From the human T2T-CHM13v2.0 reference genome, Homo sapiens, in assembly GCF_009914755.1 (NCBI RefSeq), contig NC_060929.1: 64,000 nt of DNA. One strand, given 5' to 3'. A program made the translations under genes and the position numbers. Position 1 is the stretch's first letter, and each line of letters opens with the position of its first letter. This document shows, one piece after another, positions 12,569-25,301 of the stretch. Under the pieces are notes generated by a model. That model made no database searches. It saw only the letters and a program-made list of their open reading frames with translations, and was not told where the DNA came from.

Positions 12569-14885
12569 TCATATGGTTTGGCCGTGTCCCCACCCAAATC
12601 TCAATTTGAATTGTATCTCTCAGAATCCCCATGTGTTGTGGGAGGGATCCAGGGGAAGGTAATTGAAGCATGGGGGTCGGTCTTTCCCATGCTATTCTCA
12701 TGATAATGAATAAGTCTCATGAGAACTGATGGGTTTATCAGGGATTTCCACTTTTGCTTCTTTCTCATTTCTCTCTTGCTGCCACCACGTAAGAAGGGCA
12801 TTTCACCTTTCACCATGATTCTGATGCCTCCCCAGTTATGTGGAACTGTAAGACTAATTAAACCTCTTTTTCTTCCCAGTCTCGGGTATGTCTTTATCAG
12901 CAGTGTGAAAATGGACTAATATAGTAAATTGGTACCAGTATAGTGGGGCATTGCTGAAAAGATACCTGAAAATGTGGAAGTGACTTTGGAACTGGGTAAT
13001 AGGTAGAGGTTGGAACAGTTTTGAGGGCTCAGAAGATAGGAAAATGTGGGAAAGTTTGGAACTCCTTAGAGACTAGTTGAATGGCTTTGACCAAAATGCT
13101 GATAGTGATATGGACAATAAGGTCCAGGCTGACGTGGTGTCAGATGGAGATGAGGAACTTCTTGAGAACTGGAATAAAGGTGACTCTTGATAAGTTTTAG
13201 CAAAGAGACTGGTGGCATTTTGCCCCTGCCCTAGAGATATGTAGAACTTTGAACTTGAGAAGGATGATTTAGTGTATCTGATGGAAGAATTTTCTAAGCA
13301 GCAAAGCATTCAAGATGTGACTTTTGTACTGTTAAAGGCATTCAGATTTATAAGGGAAGCAGAACACAAAAGTTTGGAAAATTTGCAGCTTGACTATGCC
13401 ATAGAAAAGAAAAACCCATTTTCTGTGGGTGAAATTCAAGCTGGCTGCAAAAATTTGCATAAGTAGCAAGGAGCCTAATGTTATCCCCAAGACCATGGGG
13501 AAAATGTCTCCAGGCCATGTCAGAGACTTTCATGGCAGCCCTTCCCATCACGTGAAAGCAACCAGGAGGGAGGCTTTACCCTGTAAAGCCACAGGACCAG
13601 AGGCCCAGGAGGAAAAAATGGTTTCTTGGGACAGGCTCATGGTCTGCATGCTGTATGCAACCTAGGGACTTGGGTGCCCTGTGTCCCAGCTGCTCCAGCC
13701 TTGGCTGAAAGGGGCCAACATGCAGCTTGGGCTGTGGCTTAAGAGGGTGAAAACCCCAAGCCTTGGCAGCTTCCACATGGTGTTGAGCCTGTGGGTGTAC
13801 AGAAGTCAAGAAACGGGGTATGGAAACCTCCACCTAGATTTCAGAAGATGTATGGAAATGCCTGGATACACAGGCAAAAATTTGCTGCAGGGATGGGGCC
13901 CTCACGAAGATCCTTTGCTACAGCAGTGCAGAAGGGAAATGTGGAGTCAGAGCCCCCAAACAGAGTCCCTATTTGGGACTAGTGGAGCTGTGAGAAGAGG
14001 GCCACAATTGTCCAGACCCCAGAATGGTAGATCCACTGACAGCTTGCACTGTGCACCTGGAAAAGCCTCAGACACTCAACATCAACCCATGAAAGCAACC
14101 AGGAGGGAGGCTTTACCCTGTAAAGCCACAGGGGTGAAGCTGCCTAAGACAATGGGAACTCACCTCTTGCATCAGCATGACCTGGATGTGAGGCCTGGAG
14201 TCACAGGATATCATTTTGGAGCTTTAAAATTTGACTGCCCAACTGGATTTTGGACTTGCATGTGCCCTGTAACACCTTTGTTTTGGCCAATTTCTCCCAT
14301 TTGTTATGGCTGTATTTACCTTATACCTGCACCCCCATTTTATTTAGGAAGTAACTAGCTTTTGATTTTTCAGGCTCATAGGTGGAAGGGACTTGCCTTG
14401 TCTCAGATGGGACTTTGGACTGTGGACTTTCAGGTTAATGTTGAAATGAGTTAAGACTTTGGGTGACTGTTGGGAAAGCATGATTGGTTTCAAAATATGA
14501 GGACATGAGATTTGGAGTGGCCAGGGGTGGAATACTATGATTTGGCTGTGTCCCCACCCAAAAATCAACTTGAATTTTATCTCTCAGAATTCCCACATAT
14601 TGTGGGAGGGACCCAGAGGAAGGTAATTGAATCATGGAGGCTGGTCTTTCCCATGTTATTCATGATAGTGAATAAGTCTCACAAGATCTGATGGGCTTAT
14701 CAGGGGTTTCTGCTTTTGCTTCTTCCTCATTTCTCTCTTGCTGCCACCATGTAAGAAGTGCATTTCATCTCCCTTCATGATACTGAGGCCTCCCCAACCA
14801 TGTGGAACTGTAAATCTAATTAAACCTTTTTTTCTTCCCAGTCTCAGGTATGTCTTTATCATCAGCATGAAAATGGACTAATACA
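12569..14885 (+). mobile_element. Full-length THE1A (MaLR): LTR 12569-12923, internal, LTR 14533-14885
   Basis: THE1A-type LTR text such as TTGTATCTCTCAGAAT and GGGTTTATCAGGG..CTTTTGCTTC. TSD CCCTC / CCATC. Confidence 0.95.
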
Positions 14886-15568
14886 CCATCTTCCATTTCT
14901 TTCGTCAGTGTTTTATGGTTTTCATTATCTAAATCTTTTATCTGCTTCATTAAATTTTTTATTAGGTATATCTTTTTCTGTTGCTTTTGTAAATAGGATT
15001 GCCTTCTTGATTTCAGCTAGCTTTTTCAGCTAGTTTGATATTGGTGTATATAGAAAGGCTACTGATTTTTGTATGTTGACTTTGTATCCTGCAACATTAA
15101 AAAATGTGTTTATCTGAACTATGAGGTTTTTTGGTGGAGTCTTCTGGCTTTTCTAAATATAAGATCATATCAGCAGGGAAGAGACACAATTTGACTTCAT
15201 CTTTTCCAAGTTGGATGTCTTTTATTTCTTTCTCTTGCCTGATTGCTCTGGCTATGACTTCCAGTGTTACATTGAATAGGATTGGTGAAAGTGGGCGTCT
15301 GTGTACTGTTTCAGTTCTTAGTGCACAGACTTTCAGCTTTTTCCCATTCAGTATGATGTTAGCTGTTGTTTTGTCATATCTAATCTTTATCATTTTGCAG
15401 TATCTTCATTCTATGCCTAATGTGTTCAGAGTTTTTATCATAAAAATGGTGTTGAATTTTATCAAATTATTTTCCTACATCTATTAAGACAATTGTTTGT
15501 TACCCTTCATTCTATTGATGTGACACATACTGTTTATTGATTTGCATATACAGAGCCATCCTTGCATC

Positions 15569-16461
15569 TATTGACAACAATTTAAAAAGTCAAACTCTGT
15601 AAAATATTTTTCAGAGATTTATTCTGAGCCAAATATGAGTAATTAAGGTCTAAGGCACAATATCTAGAGGCCCTGAAAGCATGTGCCCAAGATTGTTGAG
15701 TTACAGCTTGATTTTATACATTTTAGCAGAAGTTACAGACAGACATCAATCAATACATGTAAGGTATACATCAGGAAGAGGGGACAACTTGAAGTGAGGG
15801 TTTCCAGGTCATAGGTGGATTCAAAGATTTCTTGGTAATTGGTTAAAAGAGCTAAGCTCTGTCCAGAGAATTGAAGTCAGCAGAAATAAATGTTTGTAGT
15901 TAAGATAAGGGGGGTTGTGGAAGCCATGGATCTTGTCATGCAGTTGAAGTTTCCAGGTGGCTGGCTTCAGAGAGAATAGATAGTAAATATCTCTCATTAG
16001 ATGCTAAAATGTGCCAGACTCATAGGTAATCTCTTCTGGATCAGAGAAAGACCTGGAAATGGAATAGGATTCTCTACAGAATGTAGATTTTATTTTGACA
16101 AGAGATAGCTTTGCAGGGCCTTTTCAAAATATGTCAAAGAAATACATTTAGGGGTAAAATACTGTGATTTCTTTCAGAGCCTGCTATCTGTTATGTGATG
16201 CTATACTACAGTCAGGTTGGAATTTTGTATCTTATTGCTGCAAAGAGTCTGTTTTGTCTCTTTTAAGATCTCTGCTTTAATGTTAATGCTGATTGGTTGT
16301 GCTTGAGTTCTAAAGGGCGGAGGGTATAGTGAGGCATGTCTGGCCCTCCCTTTCCATCATGGCTGGAACTATTTCTTCAGGTTTACTTTGGAACACCTTT
16401 AGATAGGAAGAAGGGTCCATTAAGTCAGTTGTGGGGCTTAAAACTTTATTTTTGATTTACT
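15569..16461 (-). mobile_element. MER4-group solo LTR (MER4D/E-like)
   Basis: AGTCAAACTCTGTAAAATATTT..GAGATTTATTCTGAGCCAAATATGAG at one end, reverse complement GTAAATCAAAAATAAAGTTTTAAGCCCC at the other. 4-bp TSD CATC / TATC. The L1 resumes in register. Confidence 0.85.
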
Positions 16462-18254
16462 TATCTCTGGCATATATTCCACTTGATCATGGTGTATTAT
16501 CTTTCTAATGTACCAGTGTTTTGTTGGGGATTTTTGTGTCTATGTTCATCATGGATATCAGCTTATAGTTTTCATTTTTATTGTGTCTTTGTCTGGTTCT
16601 AGATCAGGGCAAGGCTGGCCTCAAAGAATGAGTTGGGGATATTTTTCCTCCTCTTTAATGAAATACTTTGAGGAGGATTGGTTTAATTCTTCTTTATAAG
16701 CTTGGTATAATTCAGCAGTGAACCCATCTACTCCTGGGCTTTTCTTTTTTGGGTGACTTTTTTATTACTGATTCAATCTTATTACTTGTTTTTAGCATGT
16801 TCAGGCTTTCTATTTCTTCCTGATTCTATATTGGTAGGTTGCTTATTTCCAGGAATTTATCACTTTCTCTATGTTTTACAGTTTGTTAGCATATAATTGT
16901 TCAGAATAGTATTTGTTATGAATAGTCTCTTCTTTTGTATTTCTGTGGTATCATTTGTAATGTCCCGTTTCAGCTTATGATTTTGTTTATTTCAATCTTC
17001 TCCATTCTTTTCTTGGTTAGCCCAGCTAGTGGTTTATTGATTTTGATTATCTTTTCTAAGACCACCTTTTTGTTTAGTTAATACTTTGTTTTATTTTTTA
17101 AATGTTTATTTTGTTTAGTTATTCTCTGAGCTTTATTATTTTCCCTTTCTACTAACTCTGGGTTTGGTTTGCTCTTGCATTTTTAGTTCCTTGAGACACA
17201 GTGTTAGATTTTTCTTCAAATCTATTTTTTGATGTGTTTATTGCTATAAAATTTCTGCTTAGCACTGACTTTGCTGTATCCACAGGTTTTGATTTGTTGT
17301 GTTTTTATTTTCATTTGTTTCAAAATATGTTTTATTTTCTTCTTTATTTCTTCATTAACCCAATGGTCATTTTGGAGCATGTTATTTAATTTCCTTGTAT
17401 TTGTTCAATTTCCAAGGTTCTTCTGGTTATTGATTTCTAATTTTACTCACTTATGGCCTGAGAAGATAATTCATATGATCTCAATATTTTTAAAAATTTT
17501 TGAGGATTTTTTTTGGTATGTGTGTCCTAACATGTGGTCTCTCTTGGAGAATGTTCTATTTGACTATGAGAAAAATCTGTATTCTGCAGCTGTCGGATAA
17601 AATACTCTATAAATGTGTATTAAGTCTATTTGGTCTAAAATGCCATTTAAAGCCAATATTTCTTTGTTGATTTTCTGTGTAAATCATCCATCTAATGCTG
17701 AGAGTAGGGTGTTGAAATCACCACCTATTATTGTAACAGAGGCTATAACTCACTTTAAGTCTAATAATATTTACTTTATATATCTGGATGTTCCAGTGTT
17801 GGGTGCACATATTAGAATTGTTAAACAATCTTGCTGACTTGGTTTATTATTACATTATGATCTTCTTTGCATCTTATTACAGTTTTTGACTTAAAGTCTT
17901 TTTTTATCTGTTACAAGTACAGCTTCTCCAGCTCACTTTTGATTTCATTTGCATGGAATATGTTTTCCATCCCTTTACTTTCAGTCTCTATTTCTAAAAG
18001 ACAAAGCACATTTTATCTTTACAGCAAAGTGTGCTTCTTGTAGATAGCATATAATTGGGATATTTAAAAAAATCTATTCACCCAGTATATATATTTTTAA
18101 GAGGATCATTTAATCTGTTTATACTCAAGCTTATGATTGATATGTTAGGACTTATTTTTATCATTCTGTTAATTGTTTCCTAGTTGTTCTTTATGTATAT
18201 ATTATATAAAGATATATATTATTTACATAACATATATTGTGTATGTATATATAT

Positions 18255-18576
18255 ATTTTTCTTTTCTTTTCTTTTCTTTTTTCTTATGTTTTTGAGACAG
18301 GGTCTTACTCTGTTGCTCAGGTTGGAGTGCAGTGGCATGATCACAGCTTATTGTAGCCTTGACCTCCCGGGCTCAAGCAGTTCTCCTGTCTCAGTTTCCT
18401 GAGCAGCTGAGACAACAGGCATATGCCACGATGCCTGGACAATTTTTAACTTTTTTTGTAGAGATTGGATCTCCTTATTTTGCTCAGGCTGGTCTTGAAC
18501 TCCTGGGCTCTAACAGTCCTCCTGCCTTGGCCTCCTAAAGTGCTGGGATTATAGGCATGAGCTACCGTGCCCAGCC
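18255..18576 (-). mobile_element. AluJ
   Basis: Antisense Alu with J-type GATCACAGCTTATTGTAGCCTTGACCTCCCGGGCTCAAG and a degenerate T-rich tail. Confidence 0.92.
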
Positions 18577-18735
18577 TTTCCTTAGTTTTTTATGATTTTA
18601 TTTCTGTGATTATTCTTTGGTAGCTTTCTGTAGTGGTAACATTGGAGTTCTTTCTCTTTCATGTTTTTGTACTTGCTTTACCAGTATGTTTTTATGACGG
18701 TAGATATTGTCCTATTGCTTTCAGGTTTACAACTC

Positions 18736-19312
18736 TGTGATGGTTAATATTAGCTATCAACTTGATTGGATTGAAGAACGCCTAGATAGCTGATAAGGTA
18801 TTGTTTCTGGTTGTGTCTGTGAGGGTGTTACCAGAGGAGATTAAAATTTGAGTAAGTGGACTGCGAGAGGAAGACCCACTCTCAGTGTGTGTGGGCACCA
18901 TTCAATCTGCTGCCAGCGTGGCTAGAACAAAGCAGGCAGAAGGTGGGATAAGCTAGTTTGTTGATTCTTCTCATTTCCGTCTTTCTCCCGTGCCAGAAGT
19001 TTCCTTCCATTCCTCTTGTGCTTGGACATCAAACTCCAGGTTCTTCGGCCTTTGGACTCTTGAGCTTACACCAGTGGTTGCCAGAGGCTCTCAGGCCGTT
19101 GGCTACAGATTGAGGGCTGCACTGTCAGCTGCCCTACTTTTGAGGCTTTTGGACTCAGACTGAGACACTACAGCCTTTTCTCTTCCTCAGCTTGCAGACA
19201 GCTTATCATGAGACTTCACCTTGTGATTGTGTGAGTCAATTCTCCTTAATAAACTCCCTTTCATATATACATATATCCTATCAGTCCTGTCTCTCTGGAG
19301 AACTCTAATACA
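18736..19312 (+). mobile_element. MLT2A2-like solo LTR (ERVL)
   Basis: TGTGATGGTTAATATT...CTGGAGAACTCTAATACA, with 5-bp TSD AACTC / GACTC. Confidence 0.9.
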
Positions 19313-22300
19313 GACTCCCTTAAGCATTTCTTGTAGAGCTTTTTTCTTGCCATTCTTACAATTCTCTCTTTGACTTTTGCCGGTTTGACTACCATGTGCC
19401 ATGAAAATTACTTTTTCAGTTTTATTTCCTTGGGGCTTTCTGAACTTCCTGTATTTGCATGTTTAAATCTCTTGTTGGGCTTGGGAGTTTATCAGGCATT
19501 ATTTTCTTAAATATGTCTTCTATGTCATTGTGCTTCTCTTCACATTTTGGAATGTTTAAAATTCATATAATTCATGTATTTAGTCATTTTATGGCATCTC
19601 ATATGTCACATAAGCTTTCTTACTTATTTTTTTATTATTTTCTCTTTTCTTGGTATGAATTGGCAATTTCAAAATGTCTTCAAGTCCTGAAATTCTTCTG
19701 CTTGATATAATCTATGGTTAAGCTCTTGATTGTATTTTATTTTATTCCTTGAATTCTTTAGTTTCAGGACTTGTATTTGGTTCTTTTTAAAGATAGCAAT
19801 CTTTTTTGAATGTCTCATTCATTCCTTGAATTGCTTTTCTAATTTCTTTGTATTTTTAATATGTTTTATTTTGTATCTCACTGAACTACTTTAATATCAT
19901 TATTTTGAATTCTTTTTGTGGTATTTCATATTTTTTTCCCCATTTGGCTCTGTTGCTGGAGAATTATCACGTTCCTTTCAAGGTGTCATATTTTCTTGCT
20001 TTTTTATGTTTCTTATGTACTTATGCTTATGCACATCTAGTAACAGTCATTTCTTCCAATTTTTGGATTGACTTTCATAGGGGATGATTTTTTCCTGAAA
20101 GTGTATCTATGGTGTTCGTTGGTTAGAACAGTTTTGATTCTGAGTGAGTGCAGTAGCATAGTCTCTGTATAATTTCTTTGGCTATAAACAATATCAGTAA
20201 TATCTGTGATTTCCTTAGTGGCTTAGGCTTGAGCTGTTAGTGAGGCTATGATGAAGCTTTGCTGAGGATGCAGACTCCAGGCGTGCCAGCCCTCAGGCCC
20301 CAGTGGTGGAAACAGTAGCCTGAGCTTGCTTGTCCTTGGGCCCTTGGGCAGTGTGCACTGTCATCAGTGTTAATGGGTCCAGGTGGGCTGATTCTTGATC
20401 CTCCAGGTGGCTTGCTTGGGTATCAGCAGTGGAAGAAATGCACTGAGTAGGTGGGCATGCATGTCTTCAGGCCCCTGGGCAGCATGTGTGGCATGGGCAA
20501 TGGCACTAGCAGTGATGGGAAAAAACCCTGGGCTTGCAGGCAGCACAGGATGATATTTTCTGTGGCTGCAACAAGCTGAGTGGTCCAGTCTTCAGGACTC
20601 CAGGCGGTACAGTCAAGTGGGTGCTAGAAGTAGTGGTGGTGGCAGGCTGGGTGAGTTCATGCTCAGGTCTCCAGGAGGAGTGCACAAATGCCAGTGATGG
20701 TATATGGGGTGTGATAATCCCTAGGCCCCTGGGGCACTGGAGGAGCAGTGCCACACCAGGTGGACCTATCCTCAGGCTCTTCAGTGGTGCTTTTGGTCAG
20801 GAAAGGGTAATACTCAGCCCTCCAGGCAGTGTGCTTTTGTGGTGGCAGCTATGATAGCCACTGAGAGGGTTGGGGGAAGCCTGATCTCAGGTATATGCAA
20901 GTGCACAGTTGTCCTGCTGCTGTTGAGGGCTGAATTGCTGTCAGTGATAGCAGCTCCAGGCAGGCAGCTTTGGGGCTTTGTGAAGTGCATGTTTTTGTTC
21001 CCTTTGTCCTGGAGGCAGCCTCCTCTCTGTGCTTCACTTCCCATTTCTGGGTATATAGTACACCGTGTGGGTTAGAGTGCTGGGGACCCTGCTGCACTCC
21101 CGGGGGTCCAGTTGGTATTGCATAGCAGCAGCCCTCTGAGTGGACATGGGGAGATGTCAGTGTTTCCAGGGATGTAGAGATGCAGGAGCTGTTGGGCCCT
21201 CAGGCAGAATGCAGGCTGGGAGGCTGGGCACTCAAATGGCGCCATGCTCTAACTGCTTGGGTCTCAGGGGTGTGTGGGATCCAGCATGAGATCTCTCTCC
21301 CTGGAACAATGCCATTGCTCCCAATACTAGTCTCAGGGCTCACAGAAATGAGGGGCTCTTCTGTGGCTAGGGTTCCAGGAATCCATAGTGGGACTGTAGA
21401 TTGCTGAATATCTCTCACTTGTCTTTTTCCTCTGCACTGGGAAGCTTCTCCAGGCTCCCAGATGATCCCAACTGAACCAGCTACCTCACTGTCCACTTCT
21501 TCCATTTCTCAGGTTTTTTTTTTTATTTCTCTACTGAATTCCAATGTTATCTCTTAGATGCTCCATTTGTTGTTTGATTACATACTCACTATTTCTGTTC
21601 TTTGTGGAGGAGGTGATGCCTTTAGTCAGATATCTTCTACTTTACTTCATCTTTAAATTGCAAAAGTACTATGTATTTATTATAATATTTCAAACAGTAT
21701 AGAGATGTACACATTTCCTACTCTAACCCCAGGAAAGCAACATTCTAATTTTGATAACTGAGCACACGATATAAATTAGATTGGAGCCCTTGTGTGAATT
21801 GGAAATGATTTCCTGGGGTCCTCAGTTCATTCTCAGCAGCTACTAGACATGTTGAGAAAAATCTGTTCATTCTAATAATTGTGTCAGACTTGGATCATGG
21901 TTTGCTAATTGAGATAACCTTAAACAACATGAGAATAATAATCAGTCAGTCAGACCAACCCCTCTAAATTACCAACATGGATACATAGCCACTAATGTTA
22001 CTCAAGCACCAATTGTCATAGGTAGTAAATCTCTTATGATTTTCTGCCAAATGCATATCTTTCTCAGATATTTGTTAACAAAATATTGGAAAAGTATTAT
22101 CAGATATTCTCCACCCCAAGTAATTAAGAAACACCAAAAATATTGGGGAAAATTTGATGAAATGTTTTGAAATTAGATTGAAGAAAGAATTGAAATGAGA
22201 TAGAATAGCTAGAAAACCTTTAAGACTTTAACCATCCACTTTAACAGTCTCCCTGTTAATATGCAGCAGCATAGGCCACTTGTATGAGAACAAAAGCCAT

Positions 22301-22948
22301 GACTTAAAATTATAAAACTTTAAGGGACATTAAAATGTTAGGCTTATTTATCTTATTTTAAAGATAAGAGATGCTGAGAGAGTTTACATATCTTGAGGTC
22401 AGATTTTAAGATCAGACTGCTAGTTGGAGATACGTCTGTTTAAGAATGGACTCCTCCCAGTCTCACCACAGCTCTTTCCAGAAGCCGTGCATGGCATTTC
22501 TCTCCACTATTCTAGGGCTTGCTGAACAGTCTCGCTCTTTTCTAACCCTTAATACCCTTGCCTTTTGTGGGAAGTGATTGAAATAGAGAAAGAGAAAAAA
22601 GATCACAGGTGTGTATGTAAATATCCATGTATTCATTATTAAATTATTTATGAAGCACCAAATACGCCATTCTAGTTTCTGTGCATAAAACAGTGAACAA
22701 AGTGATTCTTTGAAGCAAATCAATAAATTTTTTATTATTTTAAAGCCTCCTCTTATATTAACTTGGACTTTTTAATCTTATCCATACTTCAACATTTCCA
22801 TGCTTTTTTTCTGATTATAGAAATTTAATAATTTTAAAGAAGCGACTGTATATATCATAATTGCCCAATATAAAACTTAGATTTTTTATTTATTATAGGC
22901 ATCAGTAATCCAGAATTCCAAGTATCTCTAGCATTTCCCAAAGGAATT

Positions 22949-24853
22949 CTTCATCCCTGGGATGCAACACTGGTTCAACATACACGAATCAATAAACGTA
23001 ATCCATCACATAAACAGAATCAATGACAAACACCACACTATTATCTCAATAGATGCAGAAAAGGCTTTCTATAAAGTTCAACACCCCTTCAAGCTAAAAA
23101 CTCTCAATAAACTAGGTATTGATGGAATTTATCTCAAAATAATAAGAGCTATTTATGATAAACCCACATCCAATATCATACTGAGTGGACAAAATCTGGA
23201 AGCATTCCCTTTGAAAACCAGCACAAGACAAGGATGCTCTCTCTCACCATTCCTATTCAACATAATATTGGAAGTTCTGGCCAGGGCAATAAGGCAAAAG
23301 AAAGAAATAGAGTGTATTCAAATAGGAAGAGATGAAGTCAAATTATCTCTGTTTGCAGATGACATGATTGTATATTTAGAAAACCCCATTGTCTCAGCCC
23401 AAAAACTCCTTAAGCCGATAAGCAACTTCAGCAAAGTCTTAGTACACAAAATCAATATGCAAAGATCACAAGCAGCATTTGTATACACCAAGAGTAGACA
23501 AACAGAGAGCCAAATCACAAGGAAACTCCCATTCACAATTGCTACAGAGAGAATAAAATACCTAGAAATACAATTCACAAGGAATGTGAAGGACCTCTTC
23601 GAGGAGAACTACAAACTACTGCTCAAGGAAATAAAAGAGGACACAAACAAATGGAAAAACATTCCATGCTCATGGACAAGAAGAATCAATATCGTGAAAA
23701 TGGCCATACTGCCCAAAGTGATTTATAGATTCAGTGCTACACCCATCAAGCTCCTATTGACTTTTTTCACAGAATTAGAAAAACTGCTTTAAATTACTTA
23801 TGTGAAGGAGAAATAAAATCCTTTACAGACAAGCAAATGCTGAGGGATTTTGCCACCACCAGGCCTGCCTTACAAGAGCTCCTGAAGTAAGCAGTAAATT
23901 TGGAAAGGAAAAAGCAGTACCAGCCACTGCAAAAAACATGCAAAAATTTAAAGACCATAGCCACTATGAAGAAACTGCATTAACTAATGGGCAAAATAAC
24001 CAGCTAGCATCATAATGACAGGATCAAATTCACACATAATACTACTAACTTTAAATGTAAATGGGCTAAATGCCCCAATTTAAAGACACAGACTGGCAAA
24101 TTGGATAGAGTCAAGACTCATTGGTGTGCTGTATTCAGGAGAACCATCTCACATGCAAAGACACACATAGGCTCAAAACAAAGGGATGGAGAAATAGGAA
24201 CACTTTTACACCGTTAGTGGGAGTGTAAATTAGTTCAACCACTGTGGAAGACAGTGTGGTGATTCCTCAAGGATTCAGAACTAGAAATACCACTTGACCC
24301 AGCAATTCCATTACTGGGTATATACCCAAAGGATTATACATTATTCTACTACAAAGACACATGCACACGTATGTTTATTGCAGTACTATTCACAATAGAA
24401 AAGACTTGGAACCAACCCAAATGCCCATCAATGTTAGACTGGATGTAGAAAATGTGGCACATATACACCATGGAATACTATACAGCCATAAAAAACGATG
24501 AGTTCATGTCCTTTGCAGGGACATGGATCAAGCTGGAAACCATCATTCTCAGCAAACTAACACAGAGACAGAAAACCAAACACTGCATGTTCTCACTCAT
24601 AAGTGGGAGTTGAACAATGATAACACATGGATACAGGGAGGGGAACATCACACACTGGGGCCTGTTGGGGACTTGGGAGCTAGGGGAGGGATAGCATTAG
24701 GAGAAATACTATCTGGTTGATGATAGGTTGGTTGATGATAGGTTGATGATGATGGGTTGATGGGTGCAGCAAATCACCATGGCGCATGTATACCTATGTA
24801 ACAAACCTGCACATTCTGCACATGTATTCCAGGACTTAAAGTATAATAAAAAA
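22949..24853 (+). mobile_element. Rearranged L1PA (PA7/8-like) in three out-of-order segments
   Basis: ORF2 RT region 22949-~23797, then ORF1 end / ORF2 start (ATGACAGGATCAAATTCACAC at 24015) ~23798-24190, then ORF2 end plus 3'UTR 24190-24853. Confidence 0.9.
22962..23792 (+). pseudogene. L1 ORF2p reverse-transcriptase fragment (276-codon open stretch, not a host gene)
   Basis: Translation has [37 protein letters not shown] and WKNIPCSW. No endonuclease domain or promoter upstream. Confidence 0.9.
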
Positions 24854-25301
24854 TTTATTCCAATCATAAAAAACACTCTCCATCAAAGCCAAAAATTACT
24901 CCACACCTGTATCATTGACTCCTCTACTGAAAATTGATCATGGCAAGTCTTCCTGCTGAGCTCTAAGATGACCTTTCAATTAGCTCAGTGTTCCAAACAG
25001 CAATCAATGGGAGATTTGCCATCCTGAGCCTATTCTGTAAAGAATGTTCCAAAGTTTCATCTGTTTTTCCAGAAAAAAAAGGAAATAATTTTGAACTAGG
25101 TAGGATAATCACATATTTCAGGATAGGATTTTGTAGCTAGGATAATCATATATTTCAGTTTGTTCATGACAGCTTCGGTTTTCATCCCAGCACAATTATT
25201 ATCAGAACCATCTTCACTCTCAAAATTATCACAGTTTGGACAACAAATGATATCACTACTTTAGTTGTAGTGTATTATAAAGACCACGATGCAGGTTGTT
25301 T

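Larger units (their letters stand above)
8486..21635 (-). mobile_element. Near full-length old L1 (L1MA2-4-like), interrupted by five nested elements
   Basis: 3'UTR at 8490-8643 and 10936-11200. ORF2 remnants in the ORF track (12138-12404 '[35 protein letters not shown]'; 15097-15393 '[16 protein letters not shown]'). ORF1 region ~19320-20100. GC-rich 5'UTR ~20250-21635. Confidence 0.9.

Noticed and set aside
13681-14358. 225-aa ORF and the neighbouring THE1 ORFs
   Set aside because: They lie wholly in THE1 internal sequence, which commonly yields such frames. No host-gene features.
20250-21635. GC-rich block as a host promoter or CpG island
   Set aside because: CpG-depleted and positioned as the 5'UTR of the minus-strand L1.
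22962-23792. 276-aa ORF as a functional or domesticated reverse transcriptase
   Set aside because: It is a promoterless fragment of a rearranged L1 with substitutions at conserved positions. Open stretches of this length are unremarkable in L1PA copies.
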